Assembly (NCBI GenBank): GCA_951406725.2
Contig: OX597815.1
Span: 139,810,001-139,874,000 of the forward strand
Length of the DNA: 64,000 nt
Direction of reading: 5' to 3'
Origin: Octopus vulgaris
Lineage: Eukaryota
Shown here: positions 30,001 to 40,782 of the stretch, piece by piece
Layout of the letters: the number at the start of each line of letters is the position of its first letter
Numbering within the stretch: position 1 is the first letter of the stretch
Program-made: the position numbers and the translations under genes
Notes under the pieces: generated by a model
Seen by the model: the letters and a program-made list of their open reading frames with translations, nothing else
Told to the model about the DNA's origin: nothing
The model's database searches: none

Positions 30001-33000
30001 TAATTTGTTGACCCTGAAAGGATGAAAGGCGAAGCCGACCTTGCAGAATTTGAACTGCAAACGTGAAGACATGAAATAATGCTAAGCATTTCGCCCAGTG
30101 TGCTAACATTTCCGCCAGCTTGCCGCCTTCTATACATATATCCGTACATATTAAACAAGTGTGTGTGTGTATGTATATATAGGTAGACAGAGAAAACACA
30201 CACACATATATATATATATATACACACACATATATAGAAATGTATATCACCATCATTAATACATACTCTTAAACAAATACATACACAAACCATCACCACC
30301 ACTGAACCACCAAATTATTTCTCAAGCAGGGTGCCTGCCCATCATATGTGTATGTGCACGCTACTGTGTGCTTGCTTTGACATCACGTGATAGGCATAAA
30401 CAAGTGTTACTCTCATGAGAGTAGTGTCATTCGTGTCCTATCTTCTTTGAAAACATGTCTAGACATGAAGAAATATTCCCTTACTTGGAAACAGGTGAGG
30501 TTTACCAACAGGGCCATAAAAAGTCCACTCCCAAGACTTCAGTCAAGCAAAGTAGGACTATAATAGAAGACATTTTGCACAAGGTGTCACATGGTGGGAT
30601 GAAACTCAAGACAACATGGTTGGGGAGTAAGCATCTTAACCACACAATAACACTGATATACATACATAAAGGGTGCATAAAACAAACTTATAGCTTTTTC
30701 TGCTGCATTCAGCACTGCCACTAAACCATATGAACACATGTCTACATATGTGTGCATCTATGTATATATATATGTGTGTGTATATACATTGCACATATTT
30801 GCATCTACACAAATAAGCCATGTTTATATATACATACATGTGTGTATATATATATATATATATATACACATGTATATATTTATCTACATACACACATATA
30901 TGCATACATGTGTATATATATATATACACACATGTATATACTTATATACATACACACATATGCATACATGTGTGTGTACATATGTATATATAGATACACA
31001 TTTGTATATATGCATACATATGTATATACACATACATATATATGCATGTGTATATATATAAACAAACACACACAAGTACATATGTATACATGCGTGTATA
31101 TTACACACATACATGTGTGTCTGTGTATATAGATATAGATATATATATATATACACACACACGTCTACACATATATACATATACACACATACACATGAAA
31201 ACCTATGTATATATACAGATGGAAATGTGTGTATCCTATAGACATTGTAGCCAGCACAGATTTTTGCTACATTTTGTATCAAGATGTCATATATATATAA
31301 GACATGTCTAGCTAAGTAAAATTGCTGTCTTCCACACATACATGCTCGTCCTTTCAGGTGTCAGTGCCACATAAAAATCACCTGCACTGCTTAAACTCTC
31401 TGTTTAGCTGCCACAACAGACAATTGGAGTTTAGACAGCTTCCAGCTGGCCAACTCCATGTCAAACCATCCAATGAATGCTAGTATGGAAAATATGTTAA
31501 ATGAGGAGATATATAAATATGCTATGATATATAGGCTGTATATAAATGTGCTGGTATGGCCATGTGATGCATATGGAAAAGGACAGCTGTGTAAAGAAGT
31601 GTTGTGGAGGGAACCTGTGGCAGTGGTAGACCCAGGAAGACGTGGAATGAGATGGTGAAATTTGATCTTCAGATGCTGAGTCTCGTGGAGGCAATGACAA
31701 GGGACTGAGGCTTTTTGGTGATTTGCTGTGCTTGTGAAATTGTAGTCATGACCAGTGATGGTTACATGTAAAAGGTACTCTCTTCACTGTGAAATGGTTG
31801 GCATTGGGAAGGGCATCCAGCCATAGAAACTATACCAAATTAGACTGGAACTTGGTATAACTCTCTGGCTTACCAGTTCCAGTCAATCCATCCAAAACAT
31901 AGCAGCATGAAAAACAGACACTTCATGATGATGATGTATATATACACACATACGTGTATGTATATATATGAGTGAGTGTGTGTATGTATGTATACAGATA
32001 TACATAAACCTTACTAGTTTCAGCCAGGAACTATGGTCATGCTAGGGCACTGCTATTAGTATGATAGCTAATATATTTCAAGCTCACTTTCTTGACTATC
32101 TCTCCAGGCTTGAAGTGAACCAGTTAGTTGCACAAAGTTACCCATATTTGCATTTTTTGCCATATTTTTCTCTGGTATTTCAGATAAAATTTGTCAATGT
32201 TTTTTGAACACATCATCTCATAGATCTGAGGTATTTTAATTATGAAACATGGTGTGCACTTGAACCGTGTTGGGTACTTAGAGTGATTTCCTTTGATACT
32301 ATGCAGTAGTATCTTGTTTGGGTGCTGGTATAGCTTTCAATCCCAGTTAGATATTAAACTTCCGAGGGTCTATATTGATATCATTGCCTATTTTTCTATT
32401 TTCTCTCTAGGAAATAGAGCTTCAGTTCTTTAAAGTTCTCCAAAGAGACTGTCTGTTGCACTGAGACAATCTTCCTGGTGTAGAAGGATTGGATTGCCTT
32501 GATCCCCAATTAGTTTGACTTATATGTAACAACTATAATCGGGAGTAGTTGGGCAACTGAGAACAAAAGTTTCGCCATAGGATCAACATGATTTCCTTTT
32601 TCTTTATTCTGAATCATTTCAGAATCCAACAAGCCACTTGCCTGCTAATTGGTGCCACCTAGTAATGTGTGTATGGAATGTCGAATCATTACTTATATGG
32701 ATTCTAAAGTCATGTACCAACTCTGACTCCAGGGGTTGCAATACTCTTTGGTCCTATGTATTCTGGTTGCAATTTGTTTGCAGGTTGATAGTAAAGTACT
32801 TGAAGTTTATCAGCACAGAACTGTATGTTTTCTTCAGCCCACTAGTATACTGTGTCCAGGTCTTGCTGTAATTTCAAGTTATCATCAAAGTTTTCGATTG
32901 CCAGAGATACTTGTGTATCATCAAACACAGCTGGTAAGAGTGGCTGACTGTGTGACTGAGGGCATATCTGAGGGAGCCACCTGGAAGGGTAGTGGTCCCA

Positions 33001-33245
33001 TAACAGTTCCCATAAGGAATGCTTAGAAATGATGCCTCCTCAGGGAGAGCACTATCGGCTGAAAATGTCTACTACCTTCTAAAAAGTTGTGTTGCTATTC
33101 CTCTAGTTTTCCAATATAAAGATAATGTAGTTCGTGGCATCTTCCATGCTTCAGTTTATTGATGGCCTATGCAAAGTCAAGAGAGAGATGTCACATCCAC
33201 ATGTAAATATATATATGTATATCTATACACATATATATGTGTGTG

Positions 33246-33295
<50 letters not shown>

Positions 33296-34219
33296 TACAC
33301 ATCATCACTATTTTAGTGTCCACTTTTCCATGCTAGCATGGGTCAAACGAAATGCATTGAGAGCCAGGTGCCCTTCCATTTACCAGCCTTAACCTTGTTT
33401 CCAAGCAAAGTAATATTTCTTAATGGCGAGATGTTTTTTTTTTTTTATTCATTTTCTTTACCAAGGACTGGAAATGAACAACATTGCTAGTAGGACACTA
33501 ATGTTTATTTACAACCATCACATTGGTACACACAAACAAACATCTATTATATATATGTGATTCTTTCAATCTCTGTCTACTAAATTCACTCAATGTTTTG
33601 GTCTGCCCAGGGTTATAGAAGACATTTCCCCCAAAATGTCACACAGTTGGACTGAATCCATAATCACATAGTTGAGAATCACGTTTTCTAAGCACATGGC
33701 CACATATACACAATTTTCAAGCATTTTCTTTCCCATGGAAATGATCAACATGAGACTTCTTAAGACAATATTCTACAGAGAAACGCTATCACCAACCACT
33801 ACTTCTTTTTCTTAATAAGGTACTCATCCCCACCCCCGGCCTTTCAAACAACGAACTTCTAAGAGATGAAGCTTGTTTTTACAATGACATTGCCACCCAA
33901 ACAGTGTTACTCCGTTATGCCATAACATGTTAACTTGTCCCTGGCACATATGAAAAGGCAAAACTAAATTTGCTCACATTTTCCCTGTATTCACTCATAA
34001 ATCATTGGTCAGCTTGATGTTATAAAAGACTTCAGTCTGCAGTGCCCCAAAGCAGAAAGAACACGAAACTAACTTCTTAACCACACAGTCATGCATGTGA
34101 GACTCGAACCAACAACTCTGAGAAAGACTTTTTCTCTATTCTCTCTGTACACATATATATATATGCATATCTATGTGTGTATGCATACATATGTATACAT
34201 AAACATCTGCACATATCTA

Positions 34220-34263
<44 letters not shown>

Positions 34264-36851
34264 AGCTGTAGAAACATTGCCAGATAAGACCGGAGCCTGG
34301 TGCAGCCTTCCCAGATCCCCGGTCGAACCGTCCAACCCATGCTAGCATGGAGAACGGACGTTAAACGATGTTACACATACCTGTACTGGTACAAATATAA
34401 ATACACTCTTATGTACATATATACAATCACCATCATCATCTAAGGAGACCACTTTTCCATTCAAATGCTCAATACATGTTATGTGAATTTTAAATATTTA
34501 TATTTGAATACTGACTTTCAGGGTAAATCATATGCTTCAGGTCAGACTTAAAACTCTCATCAAAAGCATAATAATGCTCCTGGTTCGAGTTTCTAGAAGA
34601 ACATAAAACAAGTAAATTCCTCAGTTAATATTCAAATAAAAAGTACTAACACAGACTGCTGGAGTGTTTCACATTTAACCATTAGTAGACTAAAGATCCT
34701 TTGGAGTGTTTAAAAGCTAAATTGAATATGTATTTATACATCCACGTTAGACTATATAGTCATGTGTATACATACATGCGCCCACATTCTCTCGATAGAT
34801 AGATAGATCTTTTAATATTTAGAATCATAGAATTAAAAATGCTCTTCATCAAACTGAAGTGTGTTGTGGGACAGGATAATTAAAATGGGTAAATACACGG
34901 CTAACGTTAGTAGTGGAATTATTAACAGAGTTATATTACTACCACCAGCCTTATCGATTTTCTACCATGCTTGACAGCAACAGTCAGGTGGATTATCCTT
35001 AAAAATACTACTAGTTGTTGTAGTAGCATGTTTCTCCCACCACACCGTTTACTACTACTACTACTGAGGCATGCATTGAAACAGTACATTATAAACTGTT
35101 TCGTTGCCAGCCGGGATGACTTAGTATGAAAAATGAACCTTGTTAGCGGCATGACTGAGCTCCACTATTTTCAATGGAGCCATCTTGCCAACATTCCTGA
35201 CTGTCTTCTCTACAGTGTTAATCGGTATTTTTTTCTCTCGTTTTCTCCTCATTAATCCACAATAATCTCTCACTGAGAATTTAATATCATTAAAATATAT
35301 TCTACATCAACCAACATGAAAAGACAGTCTCACCTCACCACATATCTATAACTACAATAACCAGGTGTGATTTGAACTGTGAAACGCGAGTCGATAATAC
35401 AAGACAAGAATGGTAGGAGTTAGACAGTAGCAAGAACAGCAGTGGAATAGCAGAACCAATGTTGTATATAGTCAGCCACAATTGCCATGATAGTAATAAT
35501 AGTTTGTAGTTGTAATAGTAGTAGTGGTTGGCGCCGTTAGTATCAGAAATCCACAGCTAAAACAGTTGGTGACCTTCAACAGTAAACATCATCATCATCA
35601 TCGAAGTAGAAAGGAAGAGGAAGACGAAAAGCCAGAGACATTTTGAACATCAAGAGCGTACGTGCACGCGCGTGCGCGCACCGGGACCACTCTTAAATAG
35701 TACCATATTATATATATATATATATACACATATATATATATACACACACACACATATATATATATACATTTTATATATATACACACATATGTATATATAC
35801 ATATACACTATATATATATATATGTATATATACATTTATATATATACATATATACATTTATATATATACACATTTATAGATATAAAATTTAAAGCTGAAA
35901 ATAAATGGCATTAAGGTGTCAGTTTGGTGTTGTAAAAAGGCATGTTGCTGTAATAAAAGATATACAAGTTGAATATCGCTGCCGTGACCCCTTATTAGAT
36001 AGACTGGCAGAAGAGTAAAGCCTGACGAGGACAAATCGAAAAAGTCAGCTACTGAAAGGAACTGGAGTAGAATTCCTAAACAAATACAAACACAACATTG
36101 AATGAAAGAAGCAGAGAAAGAGAAAGGCACATCAAAGACACTGCCACCCCCATTTTCTTGGCTTGTGGTGGTGGGCAATGTCTACATTACAGAATTTTTT
36201 TTTTTTTTTTAATAGGGTCATGGGGAGAAGGCGGTTGATGTTTTAACACGCACCACAACCTACCCACATACGAATATATATATATATGTATAGATATATA
36301 TATATATATATAGATATATATATAAGCACAGAGATTCAAAGATTTACTGCTAGGCAGCTTCTACCAGTGTAGCAGTTTGCAACACAAGGAATCAGAACCT
36401 GGCACGATTCCGTTGTAATTTACTTATCATACACTATTATGTACCTATCTATAAGATATATATACACGTGTGTACCTATGCATACGCGCGTGTATATATA
36501 TATTTATATATATATATATATGACATGGAAGTTCAGGTTTATTACTGTAGTCCATCTGACAAGATTCCAATACAACAAAATGGCCATGACGATACTAGAT
36601 GTGTCCTGAGACTGAACCGCGATCATCATCATCATCACCAAACCAATACACCTGACATCCTTAACTACAGAAGTAGTAAGTAGTATTAGTACTACCTTAG
36701 TAAAAATAATAACAGTTATGATGGTGAATTTATCAGTTAACAACTGATCACGATTATAACTCTCACTGGTGTCTTCTAGATGATGAGTGGGGGGCGGTGA
36801 TGCCGGATGTCTCCACTTGCAAGAAGATAAGGTTCCTTCTCCCGTTCCCAT
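9072..36851 (-). CDS. Predicted spliced 66-aa small ORF or uORF (36851-36767, 18247-18159, 9098-9072): [66 protein letters not shown]
   Basis: Phases join correctly across both introns and the ORF ends in TAG TAA. No homolog recognised; depends on the predicted splicing. Confidence 0.35.
11245..11750. mobile_element. piggyBac-like (TTAA-CCCTT termini) MITE, split by a SINE
   Basis: Similar to copies at 26623-26771 and 27663-27802; ends ...atggtaacaaaagcattaa. Confidence 0.55.
11355..11645 (+). mobile_element. SINE family C with Meta-domain-like core
   Basis: tcttgagcaagacactttatttcacattgatccagttcactcagctgtagaaatg resembles the Meta/V central domain; reverse copy at 45925-46212. Confidence 0.7.
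12558..12705 (-). mobile_element. RTE 3' terminal fragment
   Basis: (ATC)n + gtttaacgtccgctttccatgctagcatgggttgg...ggatgcccttcctaacgcc. Confidence 0.85.
13637..13846. mobile_element. piggyBac-like MITE
   Basis: Terminal inverted repeats ttaactctttagcatt ... aatgctaaaaagttgaa; related reverse copy at ~63480-63610. Confidence 0.6.
15661..15755 (-). other. Possible cassette or alternative exon (95 nt)
   Basis: Acceptor after a poly-T tract (...ttttatag|GG) and donor CAG|GTAAAT; only open frame is phase 1 in, phase 0 out ([31 protein letters not shown]). Confidence 0.3.
16135..16167. repeat. Perfect 14-bp inverted repeat with 5-nt loop
   Basis: aactgggagcttat-aattc-ataagctcccagtt. Confidence 0.9.
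18159..18247 (-). other. Candidate exon 3 (89 nt)
   Basis: Acceptor ttttttttatgacag|GG and donor AAG|GTAACT. Its only open frame is phase 1 in, phase 0 out ((R)[29 protein letters not shown]), matching the phase of the exon-2 ORF from ATG 36851. Confidence 0.65.
24040..24164. repeat. 41-bp tandem repeat, 3 copies
   Basis: aaacctaaatttagacattcttctgttgcattaaatgtgct at 24040, 24081 and 24122; one substitution in copy 2. Confidence 0.95.
26623..26771. mobile_element. piggyBac-like MITE (internally deleted)
   Basis: ttaacccttttgatacc ... ggtaacaaaaagattgaa. Confidence 0.6.
27663..27802. mobile_element. piggyBac-like MITE (internally deleted)
   Basis: ttaaccctttcaatacc ... gacaacaaaaggattaa. Confidence 0.55.
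28040..28240 (+). mobile_element. tRNA-derived SINE family B (Nin/Deu-like core)
   Basis: ggtggcaagctagcagaatcattagca...ttctgagctcaa...ccatccttttctggtcaataagataagtaccag; better-preserved reverse copies at 29920-30130 and 58161-58390. Confidence 0.7.
28773..29165 (+). mobile_element. tRNA-derived SINE family A, full length
   Basis: A box-like tggctgtgtgg, B box-like ggttcagtccc, internal (TG)n and 3' ...aaatgactgaaacaagtaa tail. Confidence 0.85.
29920..30130 (-). mobile_element. SINE family B
   Basis: Reverse of ggcggcaagctggcggaaatgttagcacactgggcgaaatgcttagc...gcctttcatcctttcagggtc. Confidence 0.8.
30730..31215. repeat. Compound (TA/CA/TG)n low-complexity tract
   Basis: Alternating purine-pyrimidine repeats; source of several spurious Y/I/H/C-rich ORFs. 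Confidence 0.9.
32080..33200 (-). mobile_element. Old CR1/L2-clade LINE RT fossil
   Basis: Minus-strand remnants ..LDFA*AINK.. and [33 protein letters not shown] correspond to LDFSKAFD and QGTVLGPLLF...YADDTK; many frameshifts and stops. Confidence 0.7.
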
Positions 36852-36921
36852 CTCTCATGACTGCTCCACCAGAAGTGACACTATTTAGGGACCCTTGTCC
36901 CTTTTTTTTTTTTTTTTTTTC
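36767..36921 (-). other. Candidate exon 2 (or alternative first exon extending to ~37190) containing two ATGs, at 36858 and 36851
   Basis: Donor CCA|GTGAGA at 36766; candidate acceptors tctcttcag| (36922) and cttccacag| (~36944); GC-richer than flanks. The ATG at 36851 has good context (gagATGG) and reads [28 protein letters not shown], ending phase 1. Confidence 0.6.
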
Positions 36922-37564
36922 CTGAAGAGATATCTGAAGTTCACTGTGGAAGTGTAAGAATTTCAGACGTTTTCTCACTCCCACACTCTAGCGTTGCTTC
37001 TACACTCACTCGAGCTTCCTCACTCTCACCCACTCACTCTCTCTGTCTATCTACTTCACTCTCACTCACTCCGTCAATCCAGCTTAGTTGCCGCTCTCTC
37101 TCACTCACTCCGTCTATCCACCTACCTCTCTCTCTTACTCACTCTCTCTAACCAGCATCTCTCACTCACTCCCCTCTCTCTACATCGCTGATTTCAATGG
37201 AGACTACTGGAAAAGTAGGCGAATTTCTCCATCAAGCAATCACGTCAGAGGCCAAGAAAAAAAACGGTATTTGAGCAATTAGCAAACAAAATACAGATAA
37301 ATGTATGTTTAGAAAGATAAATAAGGTGTTGTATATAAATGTATGAATGCAAAAATAGCGTGTATTTGTGTAGCTATAGAGCTCTGAAATGTTTCTTACA
37401 CTCATTAATGGCAGTGAAGTAGCAGCGACGGACGGTGAAGAAAACAACAAAATGTCACATTTTCTAAGATAGAAATTGGTAGTTTAGGGCTTCCAGTAGC
37501 TGGCTGGTTCTTTGTTGGAAAGGTTGGGGATGAGTATGCAAAAAAATAAAAAGTTTGTGCTTAC

Positions 37565-37640
37565 CTATTCGACGTGAGGACAGAGACAGACACTAAGACA
37601 ACGAGACACACACAAAATGGCGGACGGCGGCGGTAGCAGC
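37565..37640 (-). other. Candidate non-coding first exon (5' end approximate)
   Basis: Minus strand reads ...ccgccattttgtg...cacgtcgaatag|GTAAGC: consensus donor at 37564, no ATG, adjacent to the promoter motifs. Confidence 0.6.
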
Positions 37641-37747
37641 AGCAGCAGCAATGATAGTGGTGGTAGTAGTAGAGGTAGTCGACGTGGTGGCACGGACGAC
37701 TGGCTTACCCACAATGCATCGTCACACCTAGCAACATTCTACACGTG
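37614..37747 (-). promoter_or_regulatory. CpG-enriched promoter of the minus-strand gene with ZNF143/Staf, YY1, CRE half-site, RFX half-site and E-box motifs
   Basis: TACCCACAATGCATCG at 37706-37721 (near-consensus ZNF143/Staf site); AAAATGGCGG at 37614-37623 (YY1, typically just downstream of a TSS); CGTCA 37720-37724; CCTAGCAAC 37727-37735; CACGTG 37742-37747. Local CpG enrichment in CpG-poor DNA, directly upstream of a strong minus-strand splice donor. Confidence 0.7.
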
Positions 37748-38635
37748 CTACTGCTACTCTATCTCTCTCTTTCTCTCTCTTACTTACTCAGGGTCTTGTA
37801 GTAACACCATTACAGGTGCCCCTCTTCACAGTTCTCACCTATTTTAGCCTTCCTGGCTTCCACACTTTTTTTCTTTCGATATCTAACGTAATTTTCTTCA
37901 GATTTACACACTAAAAAAAACTGTGTAGTAAGTCAAATTGGAATGAAGATAGCTTTTTGAAATGAAAGAAAAGGCACGCATTGCTTGAATGTGCGAAGAA
38001 AAAATGATAATTCATGAAAAACAAAGGAACAGAAGAAACAGGAGATGAATATAAAAAAAGATTGTTTCAAAGGTGTAAGACAGGAGTTACATTTGAGCGA
38101 ATATTCATCTTTTTCTTTTTTTCTTTTTTTTTTTTTCTTTTCATACGTGGTTTCCAGAATACAATGTAATATCAGTAGCTGGGATAGGGAAAAGAGCTAA
38201 GAGTGCAGGTCGCTTTCACCTTAAATAACCATAGTTTAAAGAAATACGACATCAGGCGGTGATATTATATATTACATATGTTTATATCTAAATGTGTGGT
38301 GGGGGTGGGGGGAGCGTATTTACATACATATAAAGAAAGTGAGAGAAAAAGTATACATGCACAGTGATGCGTTAAAAGAAAAAAAGTAATGTATATATAT
38401 ATATATATAGATAGAAATATATTTATATATATACACGTATAACGAGAGAGCAAAAGTGCATTGAGTTCTAATAAGTAGTTATTAGTATCGGTGTGCCTTA
38501 GTGAAATTACGTGTGTGTGTGTATATATATCTATATATATATGTGTGTGTGTATGATGGTGAAAGAAACAGAAGCAAGACGAGATAAATTCTCGATCATA
38601 GTTATTAGCTTGATGCAGAGAGAAATGGAAACGAT

Positions 38636-38672
38636 TGAAATGACGTTTCGGACTATGTTCTTCATCAGAATA
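38636..38672 (-). ncRNA. Minimal hammerhead ribozyme-like motif (Penelope terminus), partly degenerate
   Basis: Minus strand CTGATGA-agaacatagtcc-GAAA-CG-TC; core intact but stems I and II weak. Confidence 0.45.
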
Positions 38673-38799
38673 GGGTATCGAGAGGAAAAAACTAATAAAA
38701 GGAGCAATGGAAGCGAAATGCTATCATGGAATTTGTCTCAACAGTGGCAGTTAAGACTATATATATTTTGGACTGATGGTTATATGTATATACATGCAT

Positions 38800-39431
38800 G
38801 ATGGCCATCCACTCATGACTGAGGAGGACCATTGCTCACCTTTAGGAACATTATGCGCTCTAGGACTAACTTATATTTTGCATTTGCAGCTCCATTGATG
38901 GCTAATGAGCCCTGCACTTGACAAACATTCATGACTGCAAACATTACAAACCAAGGTTTCTCCATTCACTACACTAGCAATGCACTTTTGAGCAACACGG
39001 TTAAATTCTTCGTGCAAAATATGTGCTCTCTCAAAGATGTCGACCCCTTTTTTAACCTACTTCCTCCATCTGTGGCAAAGACAGGTATTGCTCTCCCAGT
39101 CAGTCTCCTGCATATCACAGGCCTTTAATGAGGGTTGACACAGTCTTGGTTTCTGCCAGGGTCTCTTTCCAGTAACAAGTTCCCCATATAGCATCTGTTT
39201 AGGGATCCTGCTATCCTTCATTCTAATAAGGTGTCCAGTCCAATGTAACCGGTACTTGTGCACCATCGCTCAATACTCAAAATATCAGCTTTCCTCAGGA
39301 CCTGTGTGTCAGGCGTTTTTAAGGTCCAGCCAACATTCAGAATGTGTGTGAGACATCTCTGATGAAAGCGTCCAAGGACCCTTACATGACGTTTGTAAAG
39401 CGTCCATGTCTCACATGAGTAAAGGAGTGAT
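38800..39431 (-). mobile_element. RTE-BovB-like LINE 3' fragment
   Basis: LLYSCETWTLY...RLHWTGHLIRMKDSRIPKQMLYGELVTGKRPWQKPRL is typical of the BovB C-terminus; bracketed by the 18-bp direct repeat AACAGTGGCAGTTAAGAC (38740-38757, 39432-39449). Confidence 0.8.
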
Positions 39432-39539
39432 AACAGTGGCAGTTAAGACATATATGCACATACATACATGCATGCATACATATATACATTTGTATATGTG
39501 TGTATGCGTGTATATAGATACACACACATATATATATAT

Positions 39540-39632
39540 ATTTCTTAAGTAATCAGAAGATGGATTTGGTATTAATCTTTATTTTGTACAATGGTTGTTG
39601 TACCAAATCCATCTTCTGATTACTTAAGAAAT
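39540..39632. repeat. Inverted repeat with 32-bp perfect arms (second copy at 40531-40623)
   Basis: atttcttaagtaatcagaagatggatttggta / taccaaatccatcttctgattacttaagaaat. Confidence 0.9.
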
Positions 39633-40050
39633 TATTATTGTTATCTCAACTAATACTGTGGAGTTCCTGAAGTACATCCAACAAGAATATACCTCAACTG
39701 CAGATGACACCAGGTAGCCTAAACTGTGCCAATTCTTTACCAAACACTTCAATACGCTAATCGAAATGTTCCCATTAGTCCAAAATATTATATATATATA
39801 TATATATATATGCACTTTATTTAAAAGCAGCAGAAATATAACAAAAGCTGTTACTCAGAGTTTCATGCTCCCGTTCGTCGGACAGTTTTTTTTTTTTAAC
39901 AAAACTGTGATGAACGTGAACGGGAAACTCTGAGTAACAGCTTTTGTTATATTTCTGCTGCATAAAATAAAGCACATTACTCTACCTCTGGTATTTGAGT
40001 ACACTTTTTTCCACCTTGTTTCACATTTATGTGCTTACTCCAGTATATAT

Positions 40051-40197
40051 CATCATCATCATTTAACGTCCGCTTTCCATGCTAGCATGGGTTGGACGGT
40101 TCAACTGGGGTCTGGGGAGCCCGAAGGCTGCACCAGGCCAGTCAGATCTGGCAGTGTTTCTACAGCTGGAGGCCCTTCCTAACGCCAACCACTCCGA
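40051..40197 (-). mobile_element. 5'-truncated RTE tail at the duplication junction
   Basis: (CAT)n + ttaacgtccgctttccatgctagc...aaccactccgag. Confidence 0.9.
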
Positions 40198-40498
40198 GAG
40201 GGTCTCTTTCCAGTAACAAGTTCCCCATATAGCATCTGTTTAGGGATCCTGCTATCCTTCATTCTAATAAGGTGTCTAGTCCAATGTAACCGGTGCTTGT
40301 GCACCATCACTCAATACTCAAGATATCAACTTTCTTCAGGACCTGTGTGTCGGGAGTTTTTTAGGTCCAACCAACATTCAGAATGTGTGAGACATCTCTG
40401 ATGAAAGCGTCCATGTCTCACATGATTAAAGGAGTTATAACAGTGGTAGTTAAGATATATATGCACATACATACATGCATACATATATATATATGCTG

Positions 40499-40535
<37 letters not shown>

Positions 40536-40782
40536 TTAAGTAATCAGAAGATGGATTTAGTATTAATCTTTATTTTGTACAATGGTTGTTGTACCAAATC
40601 CATCTTCTGATTACTTAAGAAATTATTATTGTTATTTCAACCAATACTGTGGAGTTTCTGAAGTAGATCCAACAAGAGTATACCTTGACTGCAGATGACA
40701 CCAGGTAGCCCAAACTGTGCTGGTGCTTTACCAAACACTTCAACACACTAATCGAAATGTTCCCATTAGTCCAAAATATTAT

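Noticed and set aside
30636-31339. Several 90-150 aa ORFs rich in Y/I/H/C/V (also at ~35.6-35.9 kb, 56.6-57.2 kb and 58.7 kb)
   Set aside because: Translations of stop-poor (TA/CA/TG)n microsatellites.
36017-36052. Hammerhead-like CTGACGA-ggacaaatc-GAAA-aagTC
   Set aside because: Stem II is only 2 bp, stem III is essentially absent and there is no Penelope context; probably chance.
37617-37847. + strand ORF MADGGGSSSS... with a strong-looking start context
   Set aside because: The ATG is part of the YY1 motif, and the ORF runs through trinucleotide repeats and promoter motifs with no convincing donor. It is better explained as the minus-strand promoter.
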